This document shows positions 46,101-61,000 of a DNA stretch of 64,000 bases, in pieces. A program made the position numbers and the translations under genes. The notes under the pieces are model-generated. The model was not told the DNA's origin and ran no database searches. It saw only the letters and a list, made by a program, of their open reading frames with translations. The first letter of the stretch is position 1, and each line of letters opens with the position of its first letter. The stretch is taken from assembly GCF_009914755.1 (NCBI RefSeq), contig NC_060925.1; one strand, written 5' to 3'. The DNA comes from the human T2T-CHM13v2.0 reference genome, Homo sapiens.

Positions 46101-49100
46101 AATGAATTGACTGCAATCATCGAATGGTCTCGAATGGAATCATCTTCAAATGGAATGGAATGGAATCATCGCATAGAATCGAATGGAATTATCATCGAAT
46201 GGAATCGAATGGAATCAACATCAAACGGAAAAAAACGGAATTATCGAATGGAATCGAAGAGAATCATCGAATGGACCCGAATGGAATCATCTAATGGAAT
46301 GGAATGGAATAATCCATGGACTCGAATGCAATCATCATCGAATGGAATCGAATGGAATCATCGAATGGACTCGAATGGAATAATCATTGAATGGAATCGA
46401 ATGGAATCATCATCGGATGGAAATGAATGGAATCATCATCGAATGGAATCGAATAGAATTATGGAATGAAATCCAGTGTGATCATCATCGAATGGACCCG
46501 AATGGAATCATCATCCAACGGAAGCAAATGGAATCAACATCGAATGAATCGAATGGAAACACCATCGAATTGAAACGAATGGAATTATCATGAAATTGAA
46601 ATGGATGGACTCATCATCGAATGGATTCGAATGGAATCATCGAATAAAATTGATTGAAATCATCATCCAATGGAATCGAATGGTATCATTGAATGGAATC
46701 GAATGGAATCATCATCAGATGGAAATGAATGGAATCGTCATAGAATGGAATCGAATGGATTCATTGAATGGAATCAGATGGAATCATCGAATGGACTGGA
46801 ATGGAATCATTGAATGGACTCGAAAGGGATCATTATTGAATGGAATTGAATGGAATCATCGAATGGTCTCGATTGGAATCATTATCAAATGGAATCGAAT
46901 GGAATCACCGAATAGAATCGAATGGAACAATCATCGAATGGACTCAAATGGAATTATCCTCCAATGGAATCGAATGGAATTATCGAATGCAATCGAATGG
47001 AATTATCGAATGCAATCGAATAGAATCATCGAATGGACTCGAATGGAATCATCGAATGGAATGGAATGGAACAGTCAATGAACTCGAATGGAATCATCAT
47101 TGAATGGAATCGAATGGAATCATCGAGTGGAATCGAATGGAATTATGATCAAATGGAATCGAATGTAATCATCATCAAATGGAATCAAAAATAACCATCA
47201 TCAATTGGTATTGAATGGAATTGTCATCAAATGGAATTCAAAGGAATCATCATCAAATGGAACCGAATGGAATCCTCATTGAATGGAAATGAAAGGGGTC
47301 ATCATCTAATGGAATCGCATGGAATCATCATCAAATGGAATCGAATGGAATCATCATCAAATGGAATCTAATGGAATCATTGAACAGAATTGAATGGAAT
47401 CGTCATCGAATGAATTGAATGCAATCATCGAATGGTCTCGAATGGAATCATCTTCTAATGGAAAGGAATGGAATCATCGCATAGAATCGAATGGAATTAT
47501 CATCGAATGGAATCGAATGGTATCAACACCAAACGGAAAAAAACGGAATTATCGAATGGAATCGAAGAGAATCTTCGAACGGACCCGAATGGAATCATCT
47601 AATGGAATGGAATGGAATAATCCATGGACTCGAATGCAATCATCATCGAATGGAATGGAATGGAATCATCGAATGGACTCGAATGGAATAATCATTGAAC
47701 GGAATCGAATGGAATCATCATCGGATGGAAACGAATGGAATCATCATCGAATGGAAATGAAAGGAGTCATCATCTAATGGAATTGCATGGAATCATCATA
47801 AAATGGAATCGAATGGAATCAACATCAAATGGAATCAAATGGAATCATTGAACGGAATTGAATGGAATCGTCATCGAATGAATTGACTGCAATCATCGAA
47901 TGGTCTCGAATGGAATCATCTTCAAATGGAATGGAATGGAATCATCGCATAGAATCGAATGGAATTATCATCGAATGGAATCGAATGGAATCAACATCAA
48001 ACGGAAAAAAACGGAATTATCGAATGGAATCGAAGAGAATCATCGAATGGACCCGAATGGAATCATCTAATGGAATGGAATGGAATAATCCATGGACTCG
48101 AATGCAATCATCATCGAATGGAATCGAATGGAATCATCGAATGGACTCGAATGGAATAATCATTGAACGGAATCAAATGGAATCATCATCGGATGGAAAT
48201 GAATGGAATCATCATCGAATGGAATCGAATATAATTATGGAATGAAATCCAGTGTGATCATCATCGAATGGACCCGAATGGAATCATCATCCAACGGAAG
48301 CTAATGGAATCAACATCGAATGAATCGAATGGAAACACCATCGAATTGAAACGAATGGAATTATCATGAAATTGAAATGGATGGACTCATCATCGAATGG
48401 ATTCGAATGGAATCATCGAATAAAATTGATTGAAATCATCATCGAATGGAATCGAATGGTATCATTGAATGGAATCGAATGGAATCATCATCAGATGGAA
48501 ATGAATGGAATCGTCATAGAATGGAATCGAATGGATTCATTGAATGGAATCAGATGGAATCATCGAATGGACTGGAATGGAATCATTGAATGGACTCGAA
48601 AGGGATCATGATTGAATGGAATTGAATGGAATCATCGAATGGTCTCGATTGGAATCATTATCAAATGGAATCGAATGGAATCACCGAATAGAATCGAATG
48701 GAACAATCATCGAATGGACTCAAATGGAATTATCCTCCAATGGAATCGAATGGAATTATCGAATGCAATCGAATGGAATTATCGAATGCAATCGAATAGA
48801 ATCATCGAATGGACTCGAATGGAATCATCGAATGGAATGGAATGGAACAGTCAATGAACTCGAATGGAATCATCATTGAATGGAATCGAATGGAATCATC
48901 GAGTGGAATCGAATGGAATTATGATCAAATGGAATCGAATGTAATCATCATCAAATGGAATCAAAAATAACCATCATCAATTGGTATTGAATGGAATTGT
49001 CATCAAATGGAATTCAAAGGAATCATCATCAAATGGAACCGAATGGAATCCTCATTGAATGGAAATGAAAGGGGTCATCATCTAACGGAATCGCATGGAA

Positions 49101-52100
49101 TCATCATCAAATGGAATCGAATGGAATCATCATCAAATGGAATCTAATGGAATCATTGAACAGAATTGAATGGAATCGTCATCGAATGAATTGAATGCAA
49201 TCATCGAATGGTCTCGAATGGAATCATCTTCTAATGGAAAGGAATGGAATCATCGCATAGAATCGAATGGAATTATCATCAAATGGAATCGAATGGTATC
49301 AACACCAAACGGAAAAAAACGGAATTATCGAATGGAATCGAAGAGAATCTTCGAACGGACCCGAATGGAATCATCTAATGGAATGGAATGGAATAATCCA
49401 TGGACTCGAATGCAATCATCATCGAATGGAATGGAATGGAATCATCGAATGGACTCGAATGGAATAATCATTGAACGGAATCGAATGGAATCATCATCGG
49501 ATGGAAACGAATGGAATCATCATCGAATGGAAATGAAAGGAGTCATCATCTAATGGAATTGCATGGAATCATCATAAAATGGAATCGAATGGAATCAACA
49601 TCCAATGGAATCAAATGGAATCATTGAACGGAATTGAATGGAATCGTCATCGAATGAATTGACTGCAATCATCGAATGGTCTCGAATGGAATCATCTTCA
49701 AATGGAATGGAATGGAATCATCGCATAGAATCGAATGGAATTATCATCGAATGGAATCGAATGGAATCAACATCAAACGGAAAAAAACAGAATTATCGTA
49801 TGGAATCGAAGAGAATCATCGAATGGACCCGAATGGAATCATCTAATGGAATGGAATGGAATAATCCATGGACTCGAATGCAATCATCATCGAATGGAAT
49901 CGAATGGAATCATCGAATGGACTCGAATGGAATAATCATTGAACGGAATCGAATGGAATCATCATCGGATGGAAATGAATGGAATCATCATCGAATGGAA
50001 TCGAATAGAATTATGGAATGAAATCCAGTGTGATCATCATCGAATGGACCCGAATGGAATCATCATCCAACGGAAGCTAATGGAATCAACATCGAATGAA
50101 TCGAATGGAAACACCATCGAATTGAAACGAATGGAATTATCATGAAATTGAAATGGATGGACTCATCATCGAATGGATTCGAATGGAATCATCGAATAAA
50201 ATTGATTGAAATCATCATCCAATGGAATCGAATGGTATCATTGAATGGAATCGAATGGAATCATCATCAGATGGAAATGAATGGAATCGTCATAGAATGG
50301 AATCGAATGGATTCATTGAATGGAATCAGATGGAATCATCGAATGGACTGGAATGGAATCATTGAATGGACTCGAAAGGGATCATGATTGAATGGAATTG
50401 AATGGAATCATCGAATGGTCTCGATTGGAATCATTATCAAATGGAATCGAATGGAATCACCGAATAGAATCGAATGGAACAATCATCGAATGGACTCAAA
50501 TGGAATTATCCTCCAATGGAATCGAATGGAATTATCGAATGCAATCGAATGGAATTATCGAATGCAATCGAATAGAATCATCGAAAGGACTCGAATGGAA
50601 TCATCGAATGGAATGGAATGGAACAGTCAATGAACTCGAATGGAATCATCATTGAATGGAATCGAATGGAATCATCGAGTGGAATCGAATGGAATTATGA
50701 TCAAATGGAATCGAATGTAATCATCATCAAATGGAATCAAAAATAACCATCATCAATTGGTATTGAATGGAATTGTCATCAAATGGAATTCAAAGGAATC
50801 ATCATCAAATGGAACCGAATGGAATCCTCATTGAATGGAAATGAAAGGGGTCATCATCTAATGGAATCGCATGGAATCATCATCAAATGGATTCGAATGG
50901 AATCATCATCAAATGGAATCTAATGGAATCATTGAACAGAATTGAATGGAATCGTCATCGAATGAATTGAATGCAATCATCGAATGGTCTCGAATGGAAT
51001 CATCTTCTAATGGAAAGGAATGGAATCATCGCATAGAATCGAATGGAATTATCATCGAATGGAATCGAATGGTATCAACACCAAACGGAAAAAAACGGAA
51101 TTATCGAATGGAATCGAAGAGAATCTTCGAACGGACCGGAATGGAATCATCTAATGGAATGGAATGGAATAATCCATGGACTCGAATGCAATCATCATCG
51201 AATGGAATGGAATGGAATCATCGAATGGACTCGAATGGAATAATCATTGAACGGAATCGAATGGAATCATCATCGGATGGAAACGAATGGAATCATCATC
51301 GAATGGAAATGAAAGGAGTCATCATCTAATATAATTGCATGGAATCATCATCAAATGGAATCGAATGGAATCAACATCAAATGGAATCAAATGGAATCAT
51401 TGAACGGAATTGAATGGAATCGTCATCGAATGAATTGACTGCAATCATCGAATGGTCTCGAATGGAATCATCTTCAAATGGAATGGAATGGAATCATCGT
51501 ATAGAATCGAATGGAATTATCATCGAATGGAATCGAATGGAATCAACATCAAACGGAAAAAAACGGAATTATCGAATGGAATCGAAGAGAATCATCGAAT
51601 GGACCCGAATGGAATCATCTAATGGAATGGAATGGAATAATCCATGGACTCGAATGCAATCATCATCGAATGGAATCGAATGGAATCATCGAATGGACTC
51701 GAATGGAATAATCATTGAACGGAATCGAATGGAATCATCATCGGATGGAAATGAATGGAATCATCATCGAATGGAATCGAATAGAATTATGGAATGAAAT
51801 CCAGTGTGATCATCATCGAATGGACCCGAATGGAATCATCATCCAACGGAAGCTAATGGAATCAACATCGAATGAATCGAATGGAAACACCATCGAATTG
51901 AAACGAATGGAATTATCATGAAATTGAAATGGATGGACTCATCATCGAATGGATTCGAATGGAATCATCGAATAAAATTGATTGAAATCATCATCCAATG
52001 GAATCGAATGGTATCATTGAATGGAATCGAATGGAATCATCATCAGATGGAAATGAATGGAATCGTCATAGAATGGAATCGAATGGATTCATTGAATGGA

Positions 52101-55100
52101 ATCAGATGGAATCATCGAATGGACTGGAATGGAATCATTGAATGGACTCGAAAGGGATCATTATTGAATGGAATTGAATGGAATCATCGAATGGTCTCGA
52201 TTGGAATCATTATCAAATGGAATCGAATGGAATCACCGAATAGAATCGAATGGAACAATCATCGAATGGACTCAAATGGAATTATCCTCCAATGGAATCG
52301 AATGGAATTATCGAATGCAATCGAATGGAATTATCGAATGCAATCGAATAGAATCATCGAATGGACTCGAATGGAATCATCGAATGGAATGGAATGGAAC
52401 AGTCAATGAACTCGAATGGAATCATCATTGAATGGAATCGAATGGAATCATCGAGTGGAATCGAATGGAATTATGATCAAATGGAATCGAATGTAATCAT
52501 CATCAAATGGAATCAAAAATAACCATCATCAATTGGTATTGAATGGAATTGTCATCAAATGGAATTCAAAGGAATCATCATCAAATGGAACCGAATGGAA
52601 TCCTCATTGAATGGAAATGAAAGGGGTCATCATCTAATGGAATCACATGGAATCATCATCAAATGGAATCGAATGGAATCATCATCAAATGGAATCTAAT
52701 GGAATCATTGAACAGAATTGAATGGAATCGTCATCGAATGAATTGAATGCAATCATCGAATGGTCTCGAATGGAATCATCTTCTAATGGAAAGGAATGGA
52801 ATCATCGCATAGAATCGAATGGAATTATCATCGAATGGAATCGAATGGTATCAACACCAAACGGAAAAAAACGGAATTATCGAATGGAATCGAAGAGAAT
52901 CTTCGAACGGACCCGAATGGAATCATCTAATGGAATGGAATGGAATAATCCATGGACTCGAATGCAATCATCATCGAATGGAATGGAATGGAATCATCGA
53001 ATGGACTCGAATGGAATAATCATTGAACGGAATCGAATGGAATCATCATCGGATGGAAACGAATGGAATCATCATCGAATGGAAATGAAAGGAGTCATCA
53101 TCTAATGGAATTGCATGGAATCATCATCAAATGGAATCGAATGGAATCAACATCAAATGGAATCAAATGGAATCATTGAACGGAATTGAATGGAATCGTC
53201 ATCGAATGAATTGACTGCAATCATCGAATGGTCTCGAATGGAATCATCTTCAAATGGAATGGAATGGAATCATCGCATAGAATCGAATGGAATTATCATC
53301 GAATGGAATCGAATGGAATCAACATCAAACGGAAAAAAACGGAATTATCGAATGGAATCGAAGAGAATCATCGAATGGACCCGAATGGAATCATCTAATG
53401 GAATGGAATGGAATAATCCATGGACTCGAATGCAATCATCATCGAATGGAATCGAATGGAATCATCGAATGGACTCGAATGGAATAATCATTGAACGGAA
53501 TCGAATGGAATCATCATCGGATGGAAATGAATGGAATCATCATCGAATGGAATCGAATAGAATTATGGAATGAAATCCAGTGTGATCATCATCGAATGGA
53601 CCCGAATGGAATCATCATCCAACGGAAGCTAATGGAATCAACATCGAATGAATCGAATGGAAACACCATCGAATTGAAACGAATGGAATTATCATGAAAT
53701 TGAAATGGATGGACTCATCATCGAATGGATTCGAATGGAATCATCGAATAAAATTGATTGAAATCATCATCCAATGGAATCGAATGGTATCATTGAATGG
53801 AATCGAATGGAATCATCATCAGATGGAAATGAATGGAATCGTCATAGAATGGAATCGAATGGATTCATTGAATGGAATCAGATGGAATCATCGAATGGAC
53901 TGGAATGGAATCATTGAATGGACTCGAAAGGGATCATTATTGAATGGAATTGAATGGAATCATCGAATGGTCTCGATTGGAATCATTATCAAATGGAATC
54001 GAATGGAATCACCGAATAGAATCGAATGGAACAATCATCGAATGGACTCAAATGGAATTATCCTCCAATGGAATCGAATGGAATTATCGAATGCAATCGA
54101 ATGGAATTATCGAATGCAATCGAATAGAATCATCGAAAGGACTCGAATGCAATCATCGAATGGAATGGAATGGAACAGTCAATGAACTCGAATGGAATCA
54201 TCATTGAATGGAATCCAATGGAATCATCGAGTGGAATCGAATGGAATTATGATAAAATGGAATCGAATGTAATCATCATCAAATGGAATCAAAAATAACC
54301 ATCATCAATTGGTATTGAATGGAATTGTCATCAAATGGAATTCAAAGGAATCATCATCAAATGGAACCGAATGGAATCCTCATTGAATGGAAATGAAAGG
54401 GGTCATCATCTAATGGAATCGCATGGAATCATCATCAAATGGAATCGAATGGAGTCATCATCAAATGGAATCTAATGGAATCATTGAACAGAATTGAATG
54501 GAATCGTCATCGAATGAATTGAATGCAATCATCGAATGGTCTCGAATGGAATCATCTTCTAATGGAAAGGAATGGAATCATCGCATAGAATCGAATGGAA
54601 TTATCATCGAATGGAATCGAATGGTATCAACACCAAACGGAAAAAAACGGAATTATCGAATGGAATCGAAGAGAATCTTCGAACGGACCCGAATGGAATC
54701 ATCTAATGGAATGGAATGGAATAATCCATGGACTCGAATGCAATCATCATCGAATGGAATCGAATGGAATCATCGAATGGACTCGAATGGAATAATCATT
54801 GAACGGAATCGAATGGAATCATCATCGGATGGAAACGAATGGAATCATCATCGAATGGAAATGAAAGGAGTCATCATCTAATGGAATTGCATGGAATCAT
54901 CATAAAATGGAATCGAATGGAATCAACATCAAATGGAATCAAATGGAATCATTGAACGGAATTGAATGGAATCGTCATCGAATGAATTGACTGCAATCAT
55001 CGAATGGTCTCGAATGGAATCATCTTCAAATGGAATGGAATGGAATCATCGCATAGAATCGAATGGAATTATCATCGAATGGAATCGAATGGAATCAACA

Positions 55101-55469
55101 TCAAACGGAAAAAAACGGAATTATCGAATGGAATCGAAGAGAATCATCGAATGGACCCGAATGGAATCATCTAATGGAATGGAATGGAATAATCCATGGA
55201 CTCGAATCCAATCATCATCGAATGGAATCGAATGGAATCATCGAATGGACTCGAATGGAATAATCATTGAACGGAATCGAATGGAATCATCATCGGATGG
55301 AAATGAATGGAATCATCATCGAATGGAATCGAATAGAATTATGGAATGAAATCCAGTGTGATCATCATCGAATGGACCCGAATGGAATCATCATCCAACG
55401 GAAGCTAATGGAATCAACATCGAATGAATCGAATGGAAACACCATCGAATTGAAACGAATGGAATTATC

Positions 55470-58020
55470 ATGAAATTGAAATGGATGGACTCATCATCGA
55501 ATGGATTCGAATGGAATCATCGAATAAAATTGATTGAAATCATCATCGAATGGAATCGAATGGTATCATTGAATGGAATCGAATGGAATCATCATCAGAT
55601 GGAAATGAATGGAATCGTCATAGAATGGAATCGAATGGATTCATTGAATGGAATCAGATGGAATCATCGAATGGACTGGAATGGAATCATTGAAGGGACT
55701 CGAAAGGGATCATTATTGAATGGAATTGAATGGAATCATCGAATGGTCTCGATTGGAATCATTATCAAATGGAATCGAATGGAATCACCGAATAGAATCG
55801 AATGGAACAATCATCGAATGGACTCAAATGGAATTATCCTCCAATGGAATCGAATGGAATTATCGAATGCAATCGAATGGAATTATCGAATGCAATCGAA
55901 TAGAATCATCGAATGGACTCGAATGGAATCATCGAATGGTATGGAATGGAACAGTCAATGAACTCGAATGGAATCATCATTGAATGGAATCGAATGGAAT
56001 CATCGAGTGGAATCGAATGGAATTATGATCAAATGGAATCGAATGTAATCCTCATCAAATGGAATCAAAAATAACCATCATCAATTGGTATTGAATGGAA
56101 TTGTCATCAAATGGAATTCAAAGGAAACATCATCAAATGGAACCGAATGGAATCCTCATTGAATGGAAATGAAAGGGGTCATCATCTAATGGAATCGCAT
56201 GGAATCATCATCAAATGGAATCTAATGGAATCATTGAACAGAATTGAATGGAATCGTCATCGAATGAATTGAATGCAATCATCGAATGGTCTCGAATGGA
56301 ATCATCTTCTAATGGAAAGGAATGGAATCATCGCATAGAATCGAATGGAATTATCATCGAATGGAATCGAATGGTATCAACACCAAACGGAAAAAAACGG
56401 AATTATCGAATGGAATCGAAGAGAATCTTCGAACGGACCCGAATGGAATCATCTAATGGAATGGAATGGAATAATCCATGGACTCGAATGCAATCATCAT
56501 CGAATGGAATGGAATGGAATCATCGAATGGACTCGAATGGAATAATCATTGAACGGAATCGAATGGAATCATCATCGGATGGAAACGAATGGAATCATCA
56601 TCGAATGGAAATGAAAGGAGTCATCATCTAATGGAATTGCATGGAATCATCATAAAATGGAATCGAATGGAATCAACATCAAATGGAATCAAATGGAATC
56701 ATTGAACGGAATTGAATGGAATCGTCATCGAATGAATTGACTGCAATCATCGAATGGTCTCGAATGGAATCATCTTCAAATGGAATGGAATGGAATCATC
56801 GCATAGAATCGAATGGAATTATCATCGAATGGAATCGAATGGAATCAACATCAAACGGAAAAAAACAGAATTATCGAATGGAATCGAAGAGAATCATCGA
56901 ATGGACCCGAATGGAATCATCTAATGGAATGGAATGGAATAATCCATGGACTCGAATGCAATCATCATCGAATGGAATCGAATGGAATCATCGAATGGAC
57001 TCGAATGGAATAATCATTGAACGGAATCGAATGGAATCATCATCGGATGGAAATGAATGGAATCATCATCGAATGGAATCGAATAGAATTATGGAATGAA
57101 ATCCAGTGTGATCATCATCGAATGGACCCGAATGGAATCATCATCCAACGGAAGCTAATGGAATCAACATCGAATGAATCGAATGGAAACACCATCGAAT
57201 TGAAACGAATGGAATTATCATGAAATTGAAATGGATGGACTCATCATCGAATGGATTCGAATGGAATCATCGAATAAAATTGATTGAAATCATCATCGAA
57301 TGGAATCGAATGGTATCATTGAATGGAATCGAATGGAATCATCATCAGATGGAAATGAATGGAATCGTCATAGAATGGAATCGAATGGATTCATTGAATG
57401 GAATCAGATGGAATCATCGAATGGACTGGAATGGAATCATTGAAGGGACTCGAAAGGGATCATTATTGAATGGAATTGAATGGAATCATCGAATGGTCTC
57501 GATTGGAATCATTATCAAATGGAATCGAATGGAATCACCGAATAGAATCGAATGGAACAATCATCGAATGGACTCAAATGGAATTATCCTCCAATGGAAT
57601 CGAATGGAATTATCGAATGCAATCGAATGGAATTATCGAATGCAATCGAATAGAATCATCGAATGGACTCGAATGGAATCATCGAATGGTATGGAATGGA
57701 ACAGTCAATGAACTCGAATGGAATCATCATTGAATGGAATCGAATGGAATCATCGAGTGGAATCGAATGGAATTATGATCAAATGGAATCGAATGTAATC
57801 CTCATCAAATGGAATCAAAAATAACCATCATCAATTGGTATTGAATGGAATTGTCATCAAATGGAATTCAAAGGAAACATCATCAAATGGAACCGAATGG
57901 AATCCTCATTGAATGGAAATGAAAGGGGTCATCATCTAATGGAATCGCATGGAATCATCATCAAATGGAATCGAATGGAATCATCATCAAATGGAATCTA
58001 ATGGAATCATTGAACAGAAT
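55470..58020 (+). repeat. Monomer duplication U32/U33 (offset 1750 bp because U32 has a 26-bp deletion)
   Basis: Shared private variants TGAAGGGACT (~55695/57445), AATGGTATGG (~55940/57690) and AGGAAACATC (~56127/57877). Confidence 0.85.
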
Positions 58021-61000
58021 TGAATGGAATCGTCATCGAATGAATTGAATGCAATCATCGAATGGTCTCGAATGGAATCATCTTCTAATGGAAAGGAATG
58101 GAATCATCGCATAGAATCGAATGGAATTATCATCGAATGGAATCGAATGGTATCAACACCAAACGGAAAAAAACGGAATTATCGAATGGAATCGAAGAGA
58201 ATCTTCGAACGGACCCGAATGGAATCATCTAATGGAATGGAATGGAATAATCCATGGACTCGAATGCAATCATCATCGAATGGAATGGAATGGAATCATC
58301 GAATGGACTCGAATGGAATAATCATTGAACGGAATCGAATGGAATCATCATCGGATGGAAACGAATGGAATCATCATCGAATGGAAATGAAAGGAGTCAT
58401 CATCTAATGGAATTGCATGGAATCATCATAAAATGGAATCGAATGGAATCAACATCAAATGGAATCAAATGGAATCATTGAACGGAATTGAATGGAATCG
58501 TCATCGAATGAATTGACTGCAATCATCGAATGGTCTCGAATGGAATCATCTTCAAATGGAATGGAATGGAATCATCGCATAGAATCGAATGGAATTATCA
58601 TCGAATGGAATCGAATGGAATCAACATCAAACGGAAAAAAACAGAATTATCGTATGGAATCGAAGAGAATCATCGAATGGACCCGAATGGAATCATCTAA
58701 TGGAATGGAATGGAATAATCCATGGACTCGAATGCAATCATCATCGAATGGAATCGAATGGAATCATCGAATGGACTCGAATGGAATAATCATTGAACGG
58801 AATCGAATGGAATCATCATCGGATGGAAATGAATGGAGTCATCATCGAATGGAATCGAATAGAATTATGGAATGAAATCCAGTGTGATCATCATCGAATG
58901 GACCCGAATGGAATCATCATCCAACGGAAGCTAATGGAATCAACATCGAATGAATCGAATGGAAACACCATCGAATTGAAACGAATGGAATTATCATGAA
59001 ATTGAAATGGATGGACTCATCATCGAATGGATTCGAATCGAATCATCGAATAAAATTGATTGAAATCATCATCCAATGGAATCGAATGGTATCATTGAAT
59101 GGAATCGAATGGAATCATCATCAGATGGAAATGAATGGAATCGTCATAGAATGGAATCGAATGGATTCATTGAATGGAATCAGATGGAATCATCGAATGG
59201 ACTGGAATGGAATCATTGAATGGACTCGAAAGGGATCATGATTGAATGGAATTGAATGGAATCATCGAATGGTCTCGATTGGAATCTTTATCAAATGGAA
59301 TCGAATGGAATCACCGAATAGAATCGAATGGAACAATCATCGAATGGACTCAAATGGAATTATCCTCAAATGGAATCGAATGGAATTATCGAATGCAATC
59401 GAATGGAATTATCGAATGCAATCGAATAGAATCATCGAAAGGACTCGAATGGAATCATCGAATGGAATGGAATGGAACAGTCAATGAACTCGAATGGAAT
59501 CATCATTGAATGGAATCCAATGGAATCATCGAGTGGAATCGAATGGAATTATGATCAAATGGAATCGAATGTAATCATCATCAAATGGAATCAAAAATAA
59601 CCATCATCAATTGGTATTGAATGGAATTGTCATCAAATGGAATTCAAAGGAATCATCATCAAATGGAACCGAATGGAATCCTCATTGAATGGAAATGAAA
59701 GGGGTCATCATCTAACGGAATCGCATGGAATCATCATCAAATGGAATCTAATGGAATCATTGAACAGAATCGAATGGAATCGTCATCGAATGAATTGAAT
59801 GCAATCATCGAATGGTCTCGAATGGAATCATCTTCTAATGGAAAGGAATGGAATCATCGCATAGAATCGAATGGAATTATCATCGAATGGAATCGAATGG
59901 TATCAACACCAAACGGAAAAAAACGGAATTATCGAATGGAATCGAAGAGAATCTTCGAACGGACCCGAATGGAATCATCTAATGGAATGGAATGGAATAA
60001 TCCATGGACTCGAATGCAATCATCATCGAATGGAATGGAATGGAATCATCGAATGGACTCGAATGGAATAATCATTGAACGGAATCGAATGGAATCATCA
60101 TCGGATGGAAACGAATGGAATCATCATCGAATGGAAATGAAAGGAGTCATCATCTAATGGAATTGCATGGAATCATCATAAAATGGAATCGAATGGAATC
60201 AACATCAAATGGAATCAAATGGAATCATTGAACGGAATTGAATGGAATCGTCATCGAATGAATTGACTGCAATCATCGAATGGTCTCGAAGGGAATCATC
60301 TTCAAATGGAATGGAATGGAATCATCGCATAGAATCGAATGGAATTATCATCGAATGGAATCGAATGGAATCAACATCAAACGGAAAAAAACGGAATTAT
60401 CGAATGGAATCGAAGAGAATCATCGAATGGACCCGAATGGAATCATCTAATGGAATGGAATGGAATAATCCATGGACTCGAATGCAATCATCATCGAATG
60501 GAATCGAATGGAATCATCGAATGGACTCGAATGGAATAATCATTGAACGGAATCGAATGGAATCATCATCGGATGGAAATGAATGGAATCATCATCGAAT
60601 GGAATCGAATAGAATTATGGAATGAAATCCAGTGTGATCATCATCGAATGGACCCGAATGGAATCATCATCCAACGGAAGCTAATGGAATCAACATCGAA
60701 TGAATCGAATGGAAACACCATCGAATTGAAACGAATGGAATTATCATGAAATTGAAATGGATGGACTCATCATCGAATGGATTCGAATGGAATCATCGAA
60801 TAAAATTGATTGAAATCATCATCGAATGGAATCGAATGGTATCATTGAATGGAATCGAATGGAATCATCATCAGATGGAAATGAATGGAATCGTCATAGA
60901 ATGGAATCGAATGGATTCATTGAATGGAATCAGATGGAATCATCGAATGGACTGGAATGGAATCATTGAATGGACTCGAAAGGGATCATGATTGAATGGA

